This document shows, piece by piece, positions 8,597-18,597 of a stretch of DNA of 52,144 nucleotides (position 1 is the first letter of the stretch; every line of letters starts with the position of its first letter). The position numbers and the translations under genes were made by a program. Location of the stretch: positions 1 through 52,144 of the IMG/VR virus record IMGVR_UViG_3300009506_000046. One strand, 5' to 3'. The notes below the pieces were generated by a model, which did not search any database, was not told the origin of the DNA, and saw only the letters and a program-made list of their open reading frames with translations. This stretch comes from a virus. Its lineage: Duplodnaviria > Caudoviricetes.

Positions 8597-11143
8597 TTGA
8601 GTGTCAAACTCGGCGATGCTCTTGTATACATCAAGGGAGATCGCACAGACTATGACAGCGACTTAGACAGCGCCGAAAAGAAAACCAAGGGATTTGTTTC
8701 CCGAGCAGGCTCGGCGATAAAATCAGGCCTAGGCACCGCCTTTTCTATGGCGAGTGGTATGCTGATTGCCCAAGGCATCGGCAAGATCACAAGCGCCATA
8801 GGCGAGATGGTTTCTGAGGTCCCCCGCGTTGATGCTATGGCCCAAACCTTTGACAAACTGATCCAGTCTGTTGGGGGTGACACCGCCCAGGCGATGCAAC
8901 AACTCCGTGAAGCCACTCGCGGGATGGTCTCTGACGCTGACCTTCTTTACGCTGGCAACAAGTTCCTTGCCATGGGTTTGGCTGAATCATCCGACGAAGC
9001 CGCAAAACTCGCTGAGGTCGCCACTCAATTAGGATTGGCGATGGGCGAGGACGTAACATATAGTATGGAAAATTTTGCTCTGATGCTTGCGAATCAGAGC
9101 ATCCCGCGCCTAGACTCTTTCGGCATCTCCAGCGGCAAAGTTCGCGAACGCATCAAAGAGCTAATGGAGGCCGATTCGTCATTGACCCGCGAGACCGCCT
9201 TCATGACAGCTACCCTCGAGCAAGCCGAGCTCACGATGGCGAAGGTTGGTGAGCAAGGTGACAATGTGGCGGCGTCACAAGCGCGAATGAAAGCCAAGAT
9301 GGAGAATGCCAAAATAGCGATTGGCCGATCCATTCTCCCAATGTGGCAAAAGTTTACTGGGTTCTTGGCCGACACAGCATCTAAGTACATCCCCCTCATC
9401 GCTGACGCCTTTCAAAAGAAAGTCATCCCTTTCCTGCAGAACAAAGTTATGCCCATCCTGGAGGAATTGGGGGGCTGGTTGGGCAAGATGTTGCCCAAGG
9501 CTATCAAGGTCGTCAGCGGTTTTATCACGTCGGTTTTTATTCCCTCCTTCAATCGCTCCGTCGAGGCCGCCGAATTAGTCATCAGCGTCGTCCGTGGCAT
9601 CATTGAGGCTATTCAGCACTTCCTCCAATGGGGCGAGGTGATGGGACCCGAAGAGTTTATCCCAGGGTTTGCCAGTATGCCTGAGTGGCTACAGGGTATA
9701 ATCAATACCGCCTTTGAAATCATGTGGGGCATCGTCGCCTTCATTCAAGATACCCTCATCCCAGGCATTCAGGAGGGGATGGAGTTCCTGTCCACAACCG
9801 TCATCCCGATCATCGTCGCCGTCGCCCAAACCATAATGGAAAAGCTTAACGAGGCTATAGCCTGGGTTCAAGAAAACTGGACGATGATTTCTACTATCAT
9901 TGGCACCGTGCTACAAGTGGTCTATGATACTGTCGTCTCTGTCCTAATCGAGGTTGTGTCCGAGATTATGGACAAAGTCATGATCATCGTCAACTTCATC
10001 CGTGAGAATTGGGACTTAATTCAGCAAACCATTGTCACGGTCATGACAGCCATCGCCACAGTCATAGGCGCGGTTTTGTTTATTATTTACAAAGCGTGGG
10101 AAGAGTTTGGCGATGAGATTACGGCGGTGGTTAAGTTCGTTTGGGATTTGCTCAACACGATCATAGAACAAGCCATGCACCTGATCTTGGGTATCATCAA
10201 AGTTGTCATGCTTGCCATAAATGGCGATTGGTCGGCGATCTGGACCATGATCAAGGACTTTGCCGCCAATATCTGGAACACCATTAAGAGCGTAGTCGAG
10301 TCTATCGCCAATGCTTTGAAAGATGCCATTATCGGCATCATCTCCGCTTTGCAGGGGTGGCTGTCGGGCGCCTGGTCAAGCATCAAATCAACCGCGAGCG
10401 CTACCTGGACCGCGCTGAAGCTTGCGGTTGAATCTCTGGTCAACAACCTACGCACCGCCATTAAAGACATCATCTCCAATGTGCAATCCTGGCTCTCTGA
10501 CCGCTGGAACGATATCAAGCGTGCTGCGGCTGATGCCTGGGAAGCGGTCAAGGCGATTGTCTCAACCAAGGTCAACACTCTCAAAACCAACTTGCAATCC
10601 GCTTTTGAGAACATAAAAACGGTCATCTCTAACATTTGGGACGCCATCAAAACAGTTATCTCCCGTGCCTGGGAAGGAATCAAGGGCATAGTCTCCGACT
10701 CTATTAATGCCGTGTTGGGAATCCTGCGTGGCATTGTCGGTCAGTTCGAGGCCGCGGGTCGTGCCGTGGTTGACGCCGTGCGTAACGGTATCGCCAACGC
10801 CTGGGATGGTCTTGTTGGATGGTTCAAAGACAAACTCAACGATCTACGTAACATGCTCCCGTTCAGTGAACCGAAAGCAGGCCCCGCCTCGCCATTGTAC
10901 GGGTTAGGAAAAGCGGGAGAGGCCATCATTGGCAATCTGGCTCAGGGCGCCGACCGAGCTCTGAGCGCGGGCGGTCTTGGTGTGTTGGCAAACTTGCCGC
11001 AAGCCATTGCCTCAGCGATAGCCAGCACCAGATTGACAACCGCTTCTGGCCCTATCTTCAACATCGACGCTCACTACGCCTACCGGGAGGAAACTGACCT
11101 GGTGACCGATATACAGATGCTGAGAAAGTTGTACGGGGGATAG
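8597..11143 (+). CDS. Tape measure protein
   Basis: 848 aa, helical, Trp-periodic amphipathic repeats in the C-terminal half; synteny. Confidence 0.92.
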   Translation: MSVKLGDALVYIKGDRTDYDSDLDSAEKKTKGFVSRAGSAIKSGLGTAFSMASGMLIAQGIGKITSAIGEMVSEVPRVDAMAQTFDKLIQSVGGDTAQAMQQLREATRGMVSDADLLYAGNKFLAMGLAESSDEAAKLAEVATQLGLAMGEDVTYSMENFALMLANQSIPRLDSFGISSGKVRERIKELMEADSSLTRETAFMTATLEQAELTMAKVGEQGDNVAASQARMKAKMENAKIAIGRSILPMWQKFTGFLADTASKYIPLIADAFQKKVIPFLQNKVMPILEELGGWLGKMLPKAIKVVSGFITSVFIPSFNRSVEAAELVISVVRGIIEAIQHFLQWGEVMGPEEFIPGFASMPEWLQGIINTAFEIMWGIVAFIQDTLIPGIQEGMEFLSTTVIPIIVAVAQTIMEKLNEAIAWVQENWTMISTIIGTVLQVVYDTVVSVLIEVVSEIMDKVMIIVNFIRENWDLIQQTIVTVMTAIATVIGAVLFIIYKAWEEFGDEITAVVKFVWDLLNTIIEQAMHLILGIIKVVMLAINGDWSAIWTMIKDFAANIWNTIKSVVESIANALKDAIIGIISALQGWLSGAWSSIKSTASATWTALKLAVESLVNNLRTAIKDIISNVQSWLSDRWNDIKRAAADAWEAVKAIVSTKVNTLKTNLQSAFENIKTVISNIWDAIKTVISRAWEGIKGIVSDSINAVLGILRGIVGQFEAAGRAVVDAVRNGIANAWDGLVGWFKDKLNDLRNMLPFSEPKAGPASPLYGLGKAGEAIIGNLAQGADRALSAGGLGVLANLPQAIASAIASTRLTTASGPIFNIDAHYAYREETDLVTDIQMLRKLYGG

Positions 11144-11144
11144 C

Positions 11145-12026
11145 ATGGCGACCATCTCTGTAACCATTGACGGAATAGAATACGACCTCAGCAACACTTT
11201 CAACTTTCTCGGTCATGACAGCCTTGGCATGCCTGCCCAGCACCGATTGGCCGAGCGCGCCCCGCAACAGCATGGCCAGACGGATAGGGGTTTTCGGCTC
11301 GACGCAAGAACTTTCAGGTTGTATTTTGGCCTTGATGGGTCAGACATAGCCGATCTTTACGACAAGCGAGAGCAATTCCTAAGGCTTTTCAAGCCATCCA
11401 ATCAAGTTATTAGAGTCACGTTTAGTCTTGACAATGGCTACACCCGCCGCATAGATGCTCACTACAATGGAGACATTAACTTTGCCAGCGCAGACAAACA
11501 GGGATTTTACTTGAGGGTGGTTGTTGCCCTGGTGGCCCCCGACCCCACTTTATACAATCCCGTTGAGCAAGCTGAAGTGTTCGCCCTCGGGGCGGGTGGT
11601 GGCGCGTTTGCCGTCCCTATGGAAGTCCCTCTCGCTGTGGGTGCATCTGTCCTCAATGTCAACAGGGTAGTGGATTATGCCGGCAGTTGGGTGTCTTACC
11701 CCTTCATTCGCATTGTAGGACCCATCACGTCTGCCAAGGTTTACAATGTCACCACCGGCGAACAAATCTACTTTGGCGGGGTGACAATAGACGCAGGCGA
11801 CTACTATGACGTCGATTGTCGCTATGGCCAGAAAACCGTAGTCGACTCGGAGGGCAACAATAAGATCGGCGACTTGTCCACCGACTCGGATCTTGGCACG
11901 TTTCACCTTGAGGCCCCGCAGGGACTTGCTACAAGCCTACCCAATGACATTCAAGTGACCGGCAGCGGGGTAACCTCCGCAACAGAGGTGTACTTGCGCT
12001 ACGCCGAGCGCTTTATCGGAATTTAG
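11145..12026 (+). CDS. Distal tail protein (Dit-like)
   Basis: Follows TMP; APQQHG, LVAPDP, IVGPIT motifs of siphophage tail components. Confidence 0.8.
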   Translation: MATISVTIDGIEYDLSNTFNFLGHDSLGMPAQHRLAERAPQQHGQTDRGFRLDARTFRLYFGLDGSDIADLYDKREQFLRLFKPSNQVIRVTFSLDNGYTRRIDAHYNGDINFASADKQGFYLRVVVALVAPDPTLYNPVEQAEVFALGAGGGAFAVPMEVPLAVGASVLNVNRVVDYAGSWVSYPFIRIVGPITSAKVYNVTTGEQIYFGGVTIDAGDYYDVDCRYGQKTVVDSEGNNKIGDLSTDSDLGTFHLEAPQGLATSLPNDIQVTGSGVTSATEVYLRYAERFIGI

Positions 12027-12043
12027 GAACCCAGGAGGGTGTC

Positions 12044-13036
12044 ATGGCAGAAAAGTCTATCTTTTGGACCACCGGCAGCACCGGTGATGGCGCAACAGAA
12101 TATACCCAAGCGGAGCTGATCCGCTGGGTGCGCCAATGGATGATTGGTGACTCCACCACTGAGGGAGTGCATAAAAACTACCTCAACGAACTGGAGGTCA
12201 CTGGCACGTCCTCGCCAGTCTCCGTCAACACCGGCGCGGCTATCGTCTACGGTTTTCCCTACTGGAACACCGCGAGTGAGACTGTAGCCGTCCCGACCCC
12301 GTCGTCCTCTACTCGCATCGACAGGATCGTACTTGAGGCAGACTGGACAGCGCAAACCGTCAGAATCACCCGCGTCGCCGGGACGGAAGGGGCAGGTGCG
12401 CCCAGTCTCACTCAGACGGATGGCGTGGAGTGGCAAATACCGCTCGCGCAGGCCTCCATCACTACCGGAGGGGTGATTACTGTCACCGACGAACGAGCGT
12501 TCGTACATCCCAATATCGAGATCGAGACGAGCATGATTGAGGATGAGGCGGTGACCGCGGCCAAGATCGACAATAGGACACGGACGGTTTTTATCCCTTG
12601 TAGCCAAGCGCATGTGTATCTTTCCTCGACTGTACGAGATGTTGAGGCTCAGGGATGGGTCATGTCGGACGATGGTTATACAACCGTTTGCAAGGGTTGG
12701 GGCAGAGTGCCAGAAGACTTTGCCAGCGGATTGACCATCGAGGCGGTCATTGTCGGCAGCACTAGCGCGACGGGCAATATCTACACCTACAATGCGGCAT
12801 ACTATGGCGCCGTTGGCGAATCTTACACCAACCATACCGCTGGTGCGTCGTGGGCAACGGTCAACTTGGACACTACCAACGAGATATTTGAAGCACGGAG
12901 CATGTCTCTGTCCAGTGCCGCTGCTGGTGACCATGTTAGCCTAGAGTTCCAGCGTAACCCCGGACATGCCTCTGATGTCCTTAGCTCAGACTGTTACTTC
13001 GCTGGTTGGTTGATGACCTATACAGCGGACAGCTAA
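12044..13036 (+). CDS. Baseplate/tail fibre-anchoring protein
   Basis: TRIDRIVL, WQIPLA...ITVTDER motifs of minor tail proteins. Confidence 0.7.
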   Translation: MAEKSIFWTTGSTGDGATEYTQAELIRWVRQWMIGDSTTEGVHKNYLNELEVTGTSSPVSVNTGAAIVYGFPYWNTASETVAVPTPSSSTRIDRIVLEADWTAQTVRITRVAGTEGAGAPSLTQTDGVEWQIPLAQASITTGGVITVTDERAFVHPNIEIETSMIEDEAVTAAKIDNRTRTVFIPCSQAHVYLSSTVRDVEAQGWVMSDDGYTTVCKGWGRVPEDFASGLTIEAVIVGSTSATGNIYTYNAAYYGAVGESYTNHTAGASWATVNLDTTNEIFEARSMSLSSAAAGDHVSLEFQRNPGHASDVLSSDCYFAGWLMTYTADS

Positions 13037-16000
13037 TGGCAGCCACCAAGCAACAAATCCTGGATTGGGTCGCGGGCTTAACCAGCCGCGGCGATCGGCG
13101 CGTCATCATAGGTCAACAGATCTGCGGTCGCGCCCTCGATATACAATCCTGCTACGACCATTACTTTCTTGACCTGGAAACCGCCACCGGGCAACAGCCT
13201 GCCCTAATCGGTTTTCAATGGCGACGCTACAATCCCACCTTTACCGCCCAAAACATAGCCTTGATGTCATCGCTTGCACAAGACCACTGGGACGCTGGCG
13301 GCCTGGTGGTTATCATCCCCAACTTCCCGAACCCCTGGAACGAATCCTACGCCAATGATACCGACCGGCCACTATGGGGGCTTGAAGATCTTGTAGACGA
13401 CCAAACCGCGGTTTATGATACCTGGCACTCCATGATTGACGACATGATGGAAGAGTTCAAGGTTATGACCGATGAGGGAGTCATTATCATCTTCAGACCG
13501 TTTCGAGAGTGTACGGGCGGCTGGTATTGGTGGGGTCCCGTGCCCGACGCTGGCAATGAGTGGAATCTAAACCAGTCACGTTATATCGCTTCCTTTGTCG
13601 CCATGTGGGAGGACCTGCGGGATTACGTTGAGCAAGAGCACGGCATGGCCGACAAGCTCATCTGGCTCTACACTACCGCGAACCGTGACCAGGGGCGCGA
13701 CTTGTCAGCTCAATGGCCTGGTTCAAGCTATGCCGATTGGGCAGGGGCGTCATGCTACGAGGATGACGCTGAAATCACATCGCCGGGCTACACCGAGCTG
13801 GACGGCATAAGCGGTGCCGAAATCTGTTACTCGGAGCACGGCCCTTACTATCCCAACACAGGTAACTATAACTGTATGGTCCCCCTGAACAAGATCAAGA
13901 CGGGCGGTTACTCCAACATGGTCATGATCATGTGGTGGGCGACGTGGGGTGAGGATTACCAGGAAGCTATTGTAGACAATGCCCAGGCATCTAACCTCAT
14001 GAACGATCCCTGGTCAATCGTGCTTGGGTTGGTTGAACCTCAAGAGGGAGCGCCGCCAGAACCGCCAGAGGAGTCGACAGAGGTATATAAAGACGATGAC
14101 AGCTTGGTCGGCTTTTGGGCTATGGAGGAAGCCTCGGGCACGCGGTACGATCAAAGCGTGAGGCTCAACCACCTGACCGACAATAACACCGTGAGTCAAA
14201 GCGCAGACCAGAAGGAAGGTACTTACAGCGCAGACTTTGAATCCGGAAATAACGAATACCTAAACATCACCGACGCCAACCAATCGGGGTTGGCGCTTTC
14301 TGGCGAGTTCACCATTTGTATGTGGATCAAGGCCGAGTCCGTTGCTGCCTCTCAGGTTCTGGCGGCAAAGTACGTCACATCTGGAAACCAACGGAGTTAT
14401 ATGGCGTGGTTGATCTTGTCGGGCGGCAGCGTCTACCCGCGGTTGAATGTCTCAAGCAATGGAAGCACTTACTCGGCAGTTCAGGCCGACACTCCGGTAT
14501 CAGCCGGGACATGGGTGCATCTTGCCTTTGTCTATGATGGGTCTGAACTCATCATCTATCGCGACGCAGAATCTGATTGCACCCCGACTTCCTTCTCTAG
14601 CGCAGTTTTTGACTCCACCTCAGAATTCCGCTTGGGGCGGCATCCCGAAAACACGTGGCCTTACGATGGCTTGATGGATGAGGTCTTGGTTTTCAATCGT
14701 GCACTGACAGCGACTCAGATCAATGATATCTACACCAATGGCATTCGCAACCCGCCGGTCTACGACACTGACGTGAACCTGCGCGCCCTGTATCGCCTTG
14801 AGGAAACCAGCGGTACAAGGTATGATAGCTCCCCCAATGATGACAATGACTTGACTGATGGTAACTCGGTGGGGTACTCGACCGATTCGCAAGAGGGAGA
14901 CAACTCAGCTGACTTTGAGGATACGAGTAGCCAATATCTAACTATTGCTGACGCCAGCCAGACGGGGTTGGACCTAAGTGACCGCTTTACCTTGCTTTGT
15001 TGGGTGAAACCGGAGACTCTTACCGCCGTGAGCCGCCACGCTCTTGTGTCCAAATTTGACATTGATGGTGGCGACAGGGCTTACCAACTCTCTTTATTAT
15101 TAGACACCGGCAATTACTACGCTCGCATCTCTGTATCTCCTGACGGTGCGGCTGCAACTCACCACAGGGGAGATACCGCCATCTCCGCTGGCACTTGGTA
15201 TCACGTCGCCGCTGTCTACGACGGTTCAGAGCTCCGCATCTATATTGACGGAGATCTTGACTCTGCCCCAACTACAAGTTTCACCAGCTCGCTCAACAAC
15301 TCCGACGCGGCGTTCGAGCTTGGCCGAGGCCAAAACGACACTTTTTACTACGATGGCCTCCTTGACGAAGTAGCAGTTTTTGACCGCGCCTTGCTCCAGG
15401 GTGAGATACAGTACATCATAGCCAGTGGGATCGTGGCCCCATCGGCTCCCCCCGCCGAGGAACCCATCCCCCCTCCCCCGTCCCTGACCCCCGGCATGGT
15501 TTATGACGTCCAATACCGTCTTGACTTTCTCAACATCAGCGGCGTCAAGGTTGCCGAGGTATGGGACTTTCTTGGCCTATCCTATGTCAAGAAGGTTAAC
15601 ACTTACGGTTTGTGTCGGTTCCTCCTTCCTGGAGATCACCACTCTATCGCTACCCTCGGTCATCGTTATATCGTGGAGGTTTGGCGCAGGGTTCCCAATG
15701 CTGGCCTTGACTGGTATCGTGACTTCCAGGGGCTGTTTTTGGATCAGCGCCGGTTTTGGTCCGGTGCTTCCTACTTTGAGGGAATTGCCCCCGGCATCCT
15801 CTGGCTTCTCTCCACTCGTCATGTGGCCTGGAAGGCCGGGACCGCGAACCGCAGTCAATTTACTTCATCTCCGGCCGAGACTATCCTCAAGCGCCTTGTG
15901 GATTACAACTGCGCAGCCAACGCCACAACTGCAAACGGCAGGGAACGCGCAGGGGTAATCTCTGGCCTGACCGTCGAGGCAACAAGCTCAGGAGGCAATA

Positions 16001-16596
16001 CCATAACCTGGGCATGCGCTTGGAAAAACGTACTTGCCGAGTTGACCAAGATAGCCGACATCGCCGGCGGCGACTTTGACCTTGTAGAGCAATCCGCTGC
16101 CAATTGGGAATTTCAATGGTTTGCGGGGCAGCGTGGTAGTGACCTGTCAGCAAGCCTGACATTCAATCTCGAGCGTGGTAACATGGGCAATCCCTCTTAT
16201 CGCATGAACCGTATCCAGGAGGGCACCGTTGCCATTGTCGCCGGCAGGGGGCGCGAAGATTCGCGAGCTACGCGCATAGTCGCGGGTCCAGATTACAGCG
16301 CAAGCAATGACGTGGAGATATTTGTTGACTCCAGCCAGAGCTTGACGCAAGCTGCTCTGCAGGCGGTTGGCAATCAAAAGCTCAGTGAAACGCAAGCCAA
16401 AGGCGTCTTGACCTTTGATGTTCTCCAAACTCCGGCCACGATGTACGGTATACATTACTGTGTGGATGGAGTAATGGGCGACCTTGTCACCGCCGACTAC
16501 GAGGAAGTCGAGGAAACCCACAAGGTCATCCAAGTCTCCGTTGCATTATCTCAAGATGGGACCGAGAGAATTGACATCCAAACAGAGGCAAACTAA
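13036..16596 (+). CDS. Multidomain tail protein: GH26-like glycoside hydrolase + two LamG domains + baseplate hub (ReqiPepy6 Gp37-like)
   Basis: FRPFRECTGGWYWWG and YSEHG GH26-like motifs; two WxHxAxVYDGSE...YDGLxDEVxVFxRAL repeats; C-terminal VAGRGREDSR...GDLVT hub pattern; ATG overlaps upstream TAA. Confidence 0.8.
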   Translation: MAATKQQILDWVAGLTSRGDRRVIIGQQICGRALDIQSCYDHYFLDLETATGQQPALIGFQWRRYNPTFTAQNIALMSSLAQDHWDAGGLVVIIPNFPNPWNESYANDTDRPLWGLEDLVDDQTAVYDTWHSMIDDMMEEFKVMTDEGVIIIFRPFRECTGGWYWWGPVPDAGNEWNLNQSRYIASFVAMWEDLRDYVEQEHGMADKLIWLYTTANRDQGRDLSAQWPGSSYADWAGASCYEDDAEITSPGYTELDGISGAEICYSEHGPYYPNTGNYNCMVPLNKIKTGGYSNMVMIMWWATWGEDYQEAIVDNAQASNLMNDPWSIVLGLVEPQEGAPPEPPEESTEVYKDDDSLVGFWAMEEASGTRYDQSVRLNHLTDNNTVSQSADQKEGTYSADFESGNNEYLNITDANQSGLALSGEFTICMWIKAESVAASQVLAAKYVTSGNQRSYMAWLILSGGSVYPRLNVSSNGSTYSAVQADTPVSAGTWVHLAFVYDGSELIIYRDAESDCTPTSFSSAVFDSTSEFRLGRHPENTWPYDGLMDEVLVFNRALTATQINDIYTNGIRNPPVYDTDVNLRALYRLEETSGTRYDSSPNDDNDLTDGNSVGYSTDSQEGDNSADFEDTSSQYLTIADASQTGLDLSDRFTLLCWVKPETLTAVSRHALVSKFDIDGGDRAYQLSLLLDTGNYYARISVSPDGAAATHHRGDTAISAGTWYHVAAVYDGSELRIYIDGDLDSAPTTSFTSSLNNSDAAFELGRGQNDTFYYDGLLDEVAVFDRALLQGEIQYIIASGIVAPSAPPAEEPIPPPPSLTPGMVYDVQYRLDFLNISGVKVAEVWDFLGLSYVKKVNTYGLCRFLLPGDHHSIATLGHRYIVEVWRRVPNAGLDWYRDFQGLFLDQRRFWSGASYFEGIAPGILWLLSTRHVAWKAGTANRSQFTSSPAETILKRLVDYNCAANATTANGRERAGVISGLTVEATSSGGNTITWACAWKNVLAELTKIADIAGGDFDLVEQSAANWEFQWFAGQRGSDLSASLTFNLERGNMGNPSYRMNRIQEGTVAIVAGRGREDSRATRIVAGPDYSASNDVEIFVDSSQSLTQAALQAVGNQKLSETQAKGVLTFDVLQTPATMYGIHYCVDGVMGDLVTADYEEVEETHKVIQVSVALSQDGTERIDIQTEAN

Positions 16597-16889
16597 TGAC
16601 TCTGAGTAGACAGTTTTTCGAGAGCTTGCTTGAGCAAATATCTGCACTTGAGACGCGCTTGGCGATCCTGGAGTCGAGGGAACCTCTTGCGATTGGTAGC
16701 TACTCAGAGAATGACGTAGGGAATCCACCCACCCTTGAACAGATCGAGGGGGCACTGGGGGCTTCTACGGATGTGGGAACCGGCGCCATTGGTGTAATCA
16801 ACGACAATGGCGCCGGGTCCAACGTTTGGTTCTGCGTCTCTCTTGGCTCTGACGGTTGGTGGTACGAGGCGCTTACTGCGGCCTCCTAG
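16596..16889 (+). CDS. Small tail-associated protein
   Basis: Coupled; N-terminal ALETRLAILESRE coiled coil. Confidence 0.6.
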   Translation: MTLSRQFFESLLEQISALETRLAILESREPLAIGSYSENDVGNPPTLEQIEGALGASTDVGTGAIGVINDNGAGSNVWFCVSLGSDGWWYEALTAAS

Positions 16890-17119
16890 ATTGGTTCTCC
16901 GACAATTGCCAACGATGGGAACAAAACCTCACAAACCTCAGCTTGGTTCATAATTTGGCTGCCCTGTAATGGCTCTCCGTTATAGGCGCAACGGTAAAGC
17001 CGATACAAGCAAGTGCCATCCGATTCTTTTCTGAGCACCAGGGCTTTGACGACGAAATACATTTCGTCACCTTGCTTGATCTCTGCAGGCACAACGGTAT
17101 AGGCGTTAACCACTGGCAT
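16886..17119 (-). CDS. Hypothetical protein
   Basis: GGGGTG RBS before ATG 17119. Confidence 0.6.
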   Translation of the reverse strand: MPVVNAYTVVPAEIKQGDEMYFVVKALVLRKESDGTCLYRLYRCAYNGEPLQGSQIMNQAEVCEVLFPSLAIVGEPI

Positions 17120-17423
17120 TGATCTCACCCCCTTTCTTTTTCTCATTCAATCGCCCAAACTCGGCCAACAAGATAGCGATTTCCTTTTTTGTTTCTATTG
17201 CCCAGCCGGGGTCATGTGGGAGGATCGGCTTGACGACTTCTCCCAACAGAGCAATGGCGCGCTCTGTCAACTCCCGGCGTCTGTCCTCCTGCATGGCCTC
17301 ATGATACAGTCGATCAACCGCAACAGTGACAGCGGTCGTCTCTGTCCCATAGATCTTTTTCAACTCTGCAAGCTGCTCGTTGGTGATATCTCCTATTCTC
17401 AAACCCTTCACCATCTTAGCCAT
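17106..17423 (-). CDS. Putative DNA-binding protein (ribbon-helix-helix-like N-terminus)
   Basis: KGLRIGDITNEQLAELKKIYGTETTAVTVAVDRLY strand-helix-helix pattern. Confidence 0.5.
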   Translation of the reverse strand: MAKMVKGLRIGDITNEQLAELKKIYGTETTAVTVAVDRLYHEAMQEDRRRELTERAIALLGEVVKPILPHDPGWAIETKKEIAILLAEFGRLNEKKKGGEINASG

Positions 17424-17450
17424 AACTTTGTCTCTTTCTCCCTGTCGAAT

Positions 17451-17547
17451 CCACACCCGACCCTTGCGATAACTCAGCATCTCCCCTGCGCGTGGTTGGT
17501 GGTGGCGACTCACGCCTTCCAGGCTACAGGTTCGGGGTCGGGTGTGG
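17451..17547 (-). ncRNA. Candidate structured intergenic RNA
   Basis: 13-bp closing stem CCACACCCGACCC/GGGTCGGGTGTGG enclosing ~70 nt with internal hairpins. Confidence 0.4.
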
Positions 17548-17554
17548 CTGCGGA

Positions 17555-17788
17555 TTACTCTCCCACTTCCTCAGAGCGGTCGATCACGTCACACGGTGGC
17601 TCATGTTCTGGCAAGATGACCTCACAGATTTCCTCGCGCTCGATTTCTCTGCCCTTGGCCTTCAACCAATCACGGTTGCATTGTTGCTGGGTGTAGGCCC
17701 AGGCGCGCCTCTTGTGGGTCGAGGTCAACATACCCTCTGAGTCATCCTTGTATCTGTACCAGGTTGTTACTCTGTAGCATACGGTCAT
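17555..17788 (-). CDS. Hypothetical protein
   Basis: GGAGG RBS; ATGA coupling. Confidence 0.6.
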   Translation of the reverse strand: MTVCYRVTTWYRYKDDSEGMLTSTHKRRAWAYTQQQCNRDWLKAKGREIEREEICEVILPEHEPPCDVIDRSEEVGE

Positions 17789-18093
17789 GACGCTTGTCCT
17801 CCATAGACTTTCAAGAAATGGGTGGCGCTTAACACTCGAACCGGCCTCCCCTTGCTCTCCTTTTCCTGCGCGATCCGCGCCAACTCCCCCATGTGAACTC
17901 TCTCGCAGTTCTTGAGGATTGTGGAGAGTGCAACAAGGTCGCTCTCGTACGCCGCTCGCCCGCCATCCTCCGGTTTGTGCCGAATGATAACTCTATGCCA
18001 TAAACCACGCGGCAACAGCCTGAACAAATAGTCATCTGGGCCTATGCCGCCTTGTTTCATTGTACATGGTCCGCCCTTGAATTTCGTAGGCAT
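17785..18093 (-). CDS. Hypothetical protein
   Basis: AGGAGG RBS; operon packing. Confidence 0.6.
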   Translation of the reverse strand: MPTKFKGGPCTMKQGGIGPDDYLFRLLPRGLWHRVIIRHKPEDGGRAAYESDLVALSTILKNCERVHMGELARIAQEKESKGRPVRVLSATHFLKVYGGQAS

Positions 18094-18102
18094 GATGTCC
18101 TC

Positions 18103-18357
18103 CTAAAACCAGAAGTAAACTTGCTGCACAACCGACACCGGCACGCGATGCTCTCCCCCATCCGTCGTGTACCCCACCATCTTATCAACCGGGCCGAATC
18201 TCACCGATTGACAGTCGAACGATTCTATCTTCCCGCCGCGCCAATTCAGGACAATGACGATCCCTGCCGGCTTTGGCGCTCCCGGCGCGGTGGTCAACTT
18301 GCGCAACTCCTGTACGTTGTTTTCAAAGCTGTCGTCCGTTGCGTAGAATCTGAACAT
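18103..18357 (-). CDS. Hypothetical protein
   Basis: AAGGGGA RBS; operon packing. Confidence 0.6.
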   Translation of the reverse strand: MFRFYATDDSFENNVQELRKLTTAPGAPKPAGIVIVLNWRGGKIESFDCQSVRFGPVDKMVGYTTDGGEHRVPVSVVQQVYFWF

Positions 18358-18369
18358 GATCTATCCCCC

Positions 18370-18597
18370 TTAGTTAATTGACACTTTGCACAAAACCTCA
18401 AGAGGTTTGCACTTGCGTCCTACTTCCGAGTCGTCAACATCTTGAGTGTAATAAACTCCATTATTAAAGATGATGTGCCACAAGCCGTATCGTTCGACAT
18501 AGTCATTGAATCCAACGCCTGCAATAAGGTCATCGAACGATGCGGTTCGAGGCATATCTGCCCAGTCCACGGTGAAACTTCCGTCGATTTTACTCAT
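18370..18597 (-). CDS. Hypothetical protein
   Basis: Overlaps upstream stop; GAGG RBS. Confidence 0.6.
   Translation of the reverse strand: MSKIDGSFTVDWADMPRTASFDDLIAGVGFNDYVERYGLWHIIFNNGVYYTQDVDDSEVGRKCKPLEVLCKVSIN

Noticed and set aside
12023-12934. Long opposite-strand ORFs (also 4380-5189, 10087-10734, 28257-28919, 33522-34490)
   Set aside because: Shadow frames of well-supported genes, without RBS or recognisable motifs
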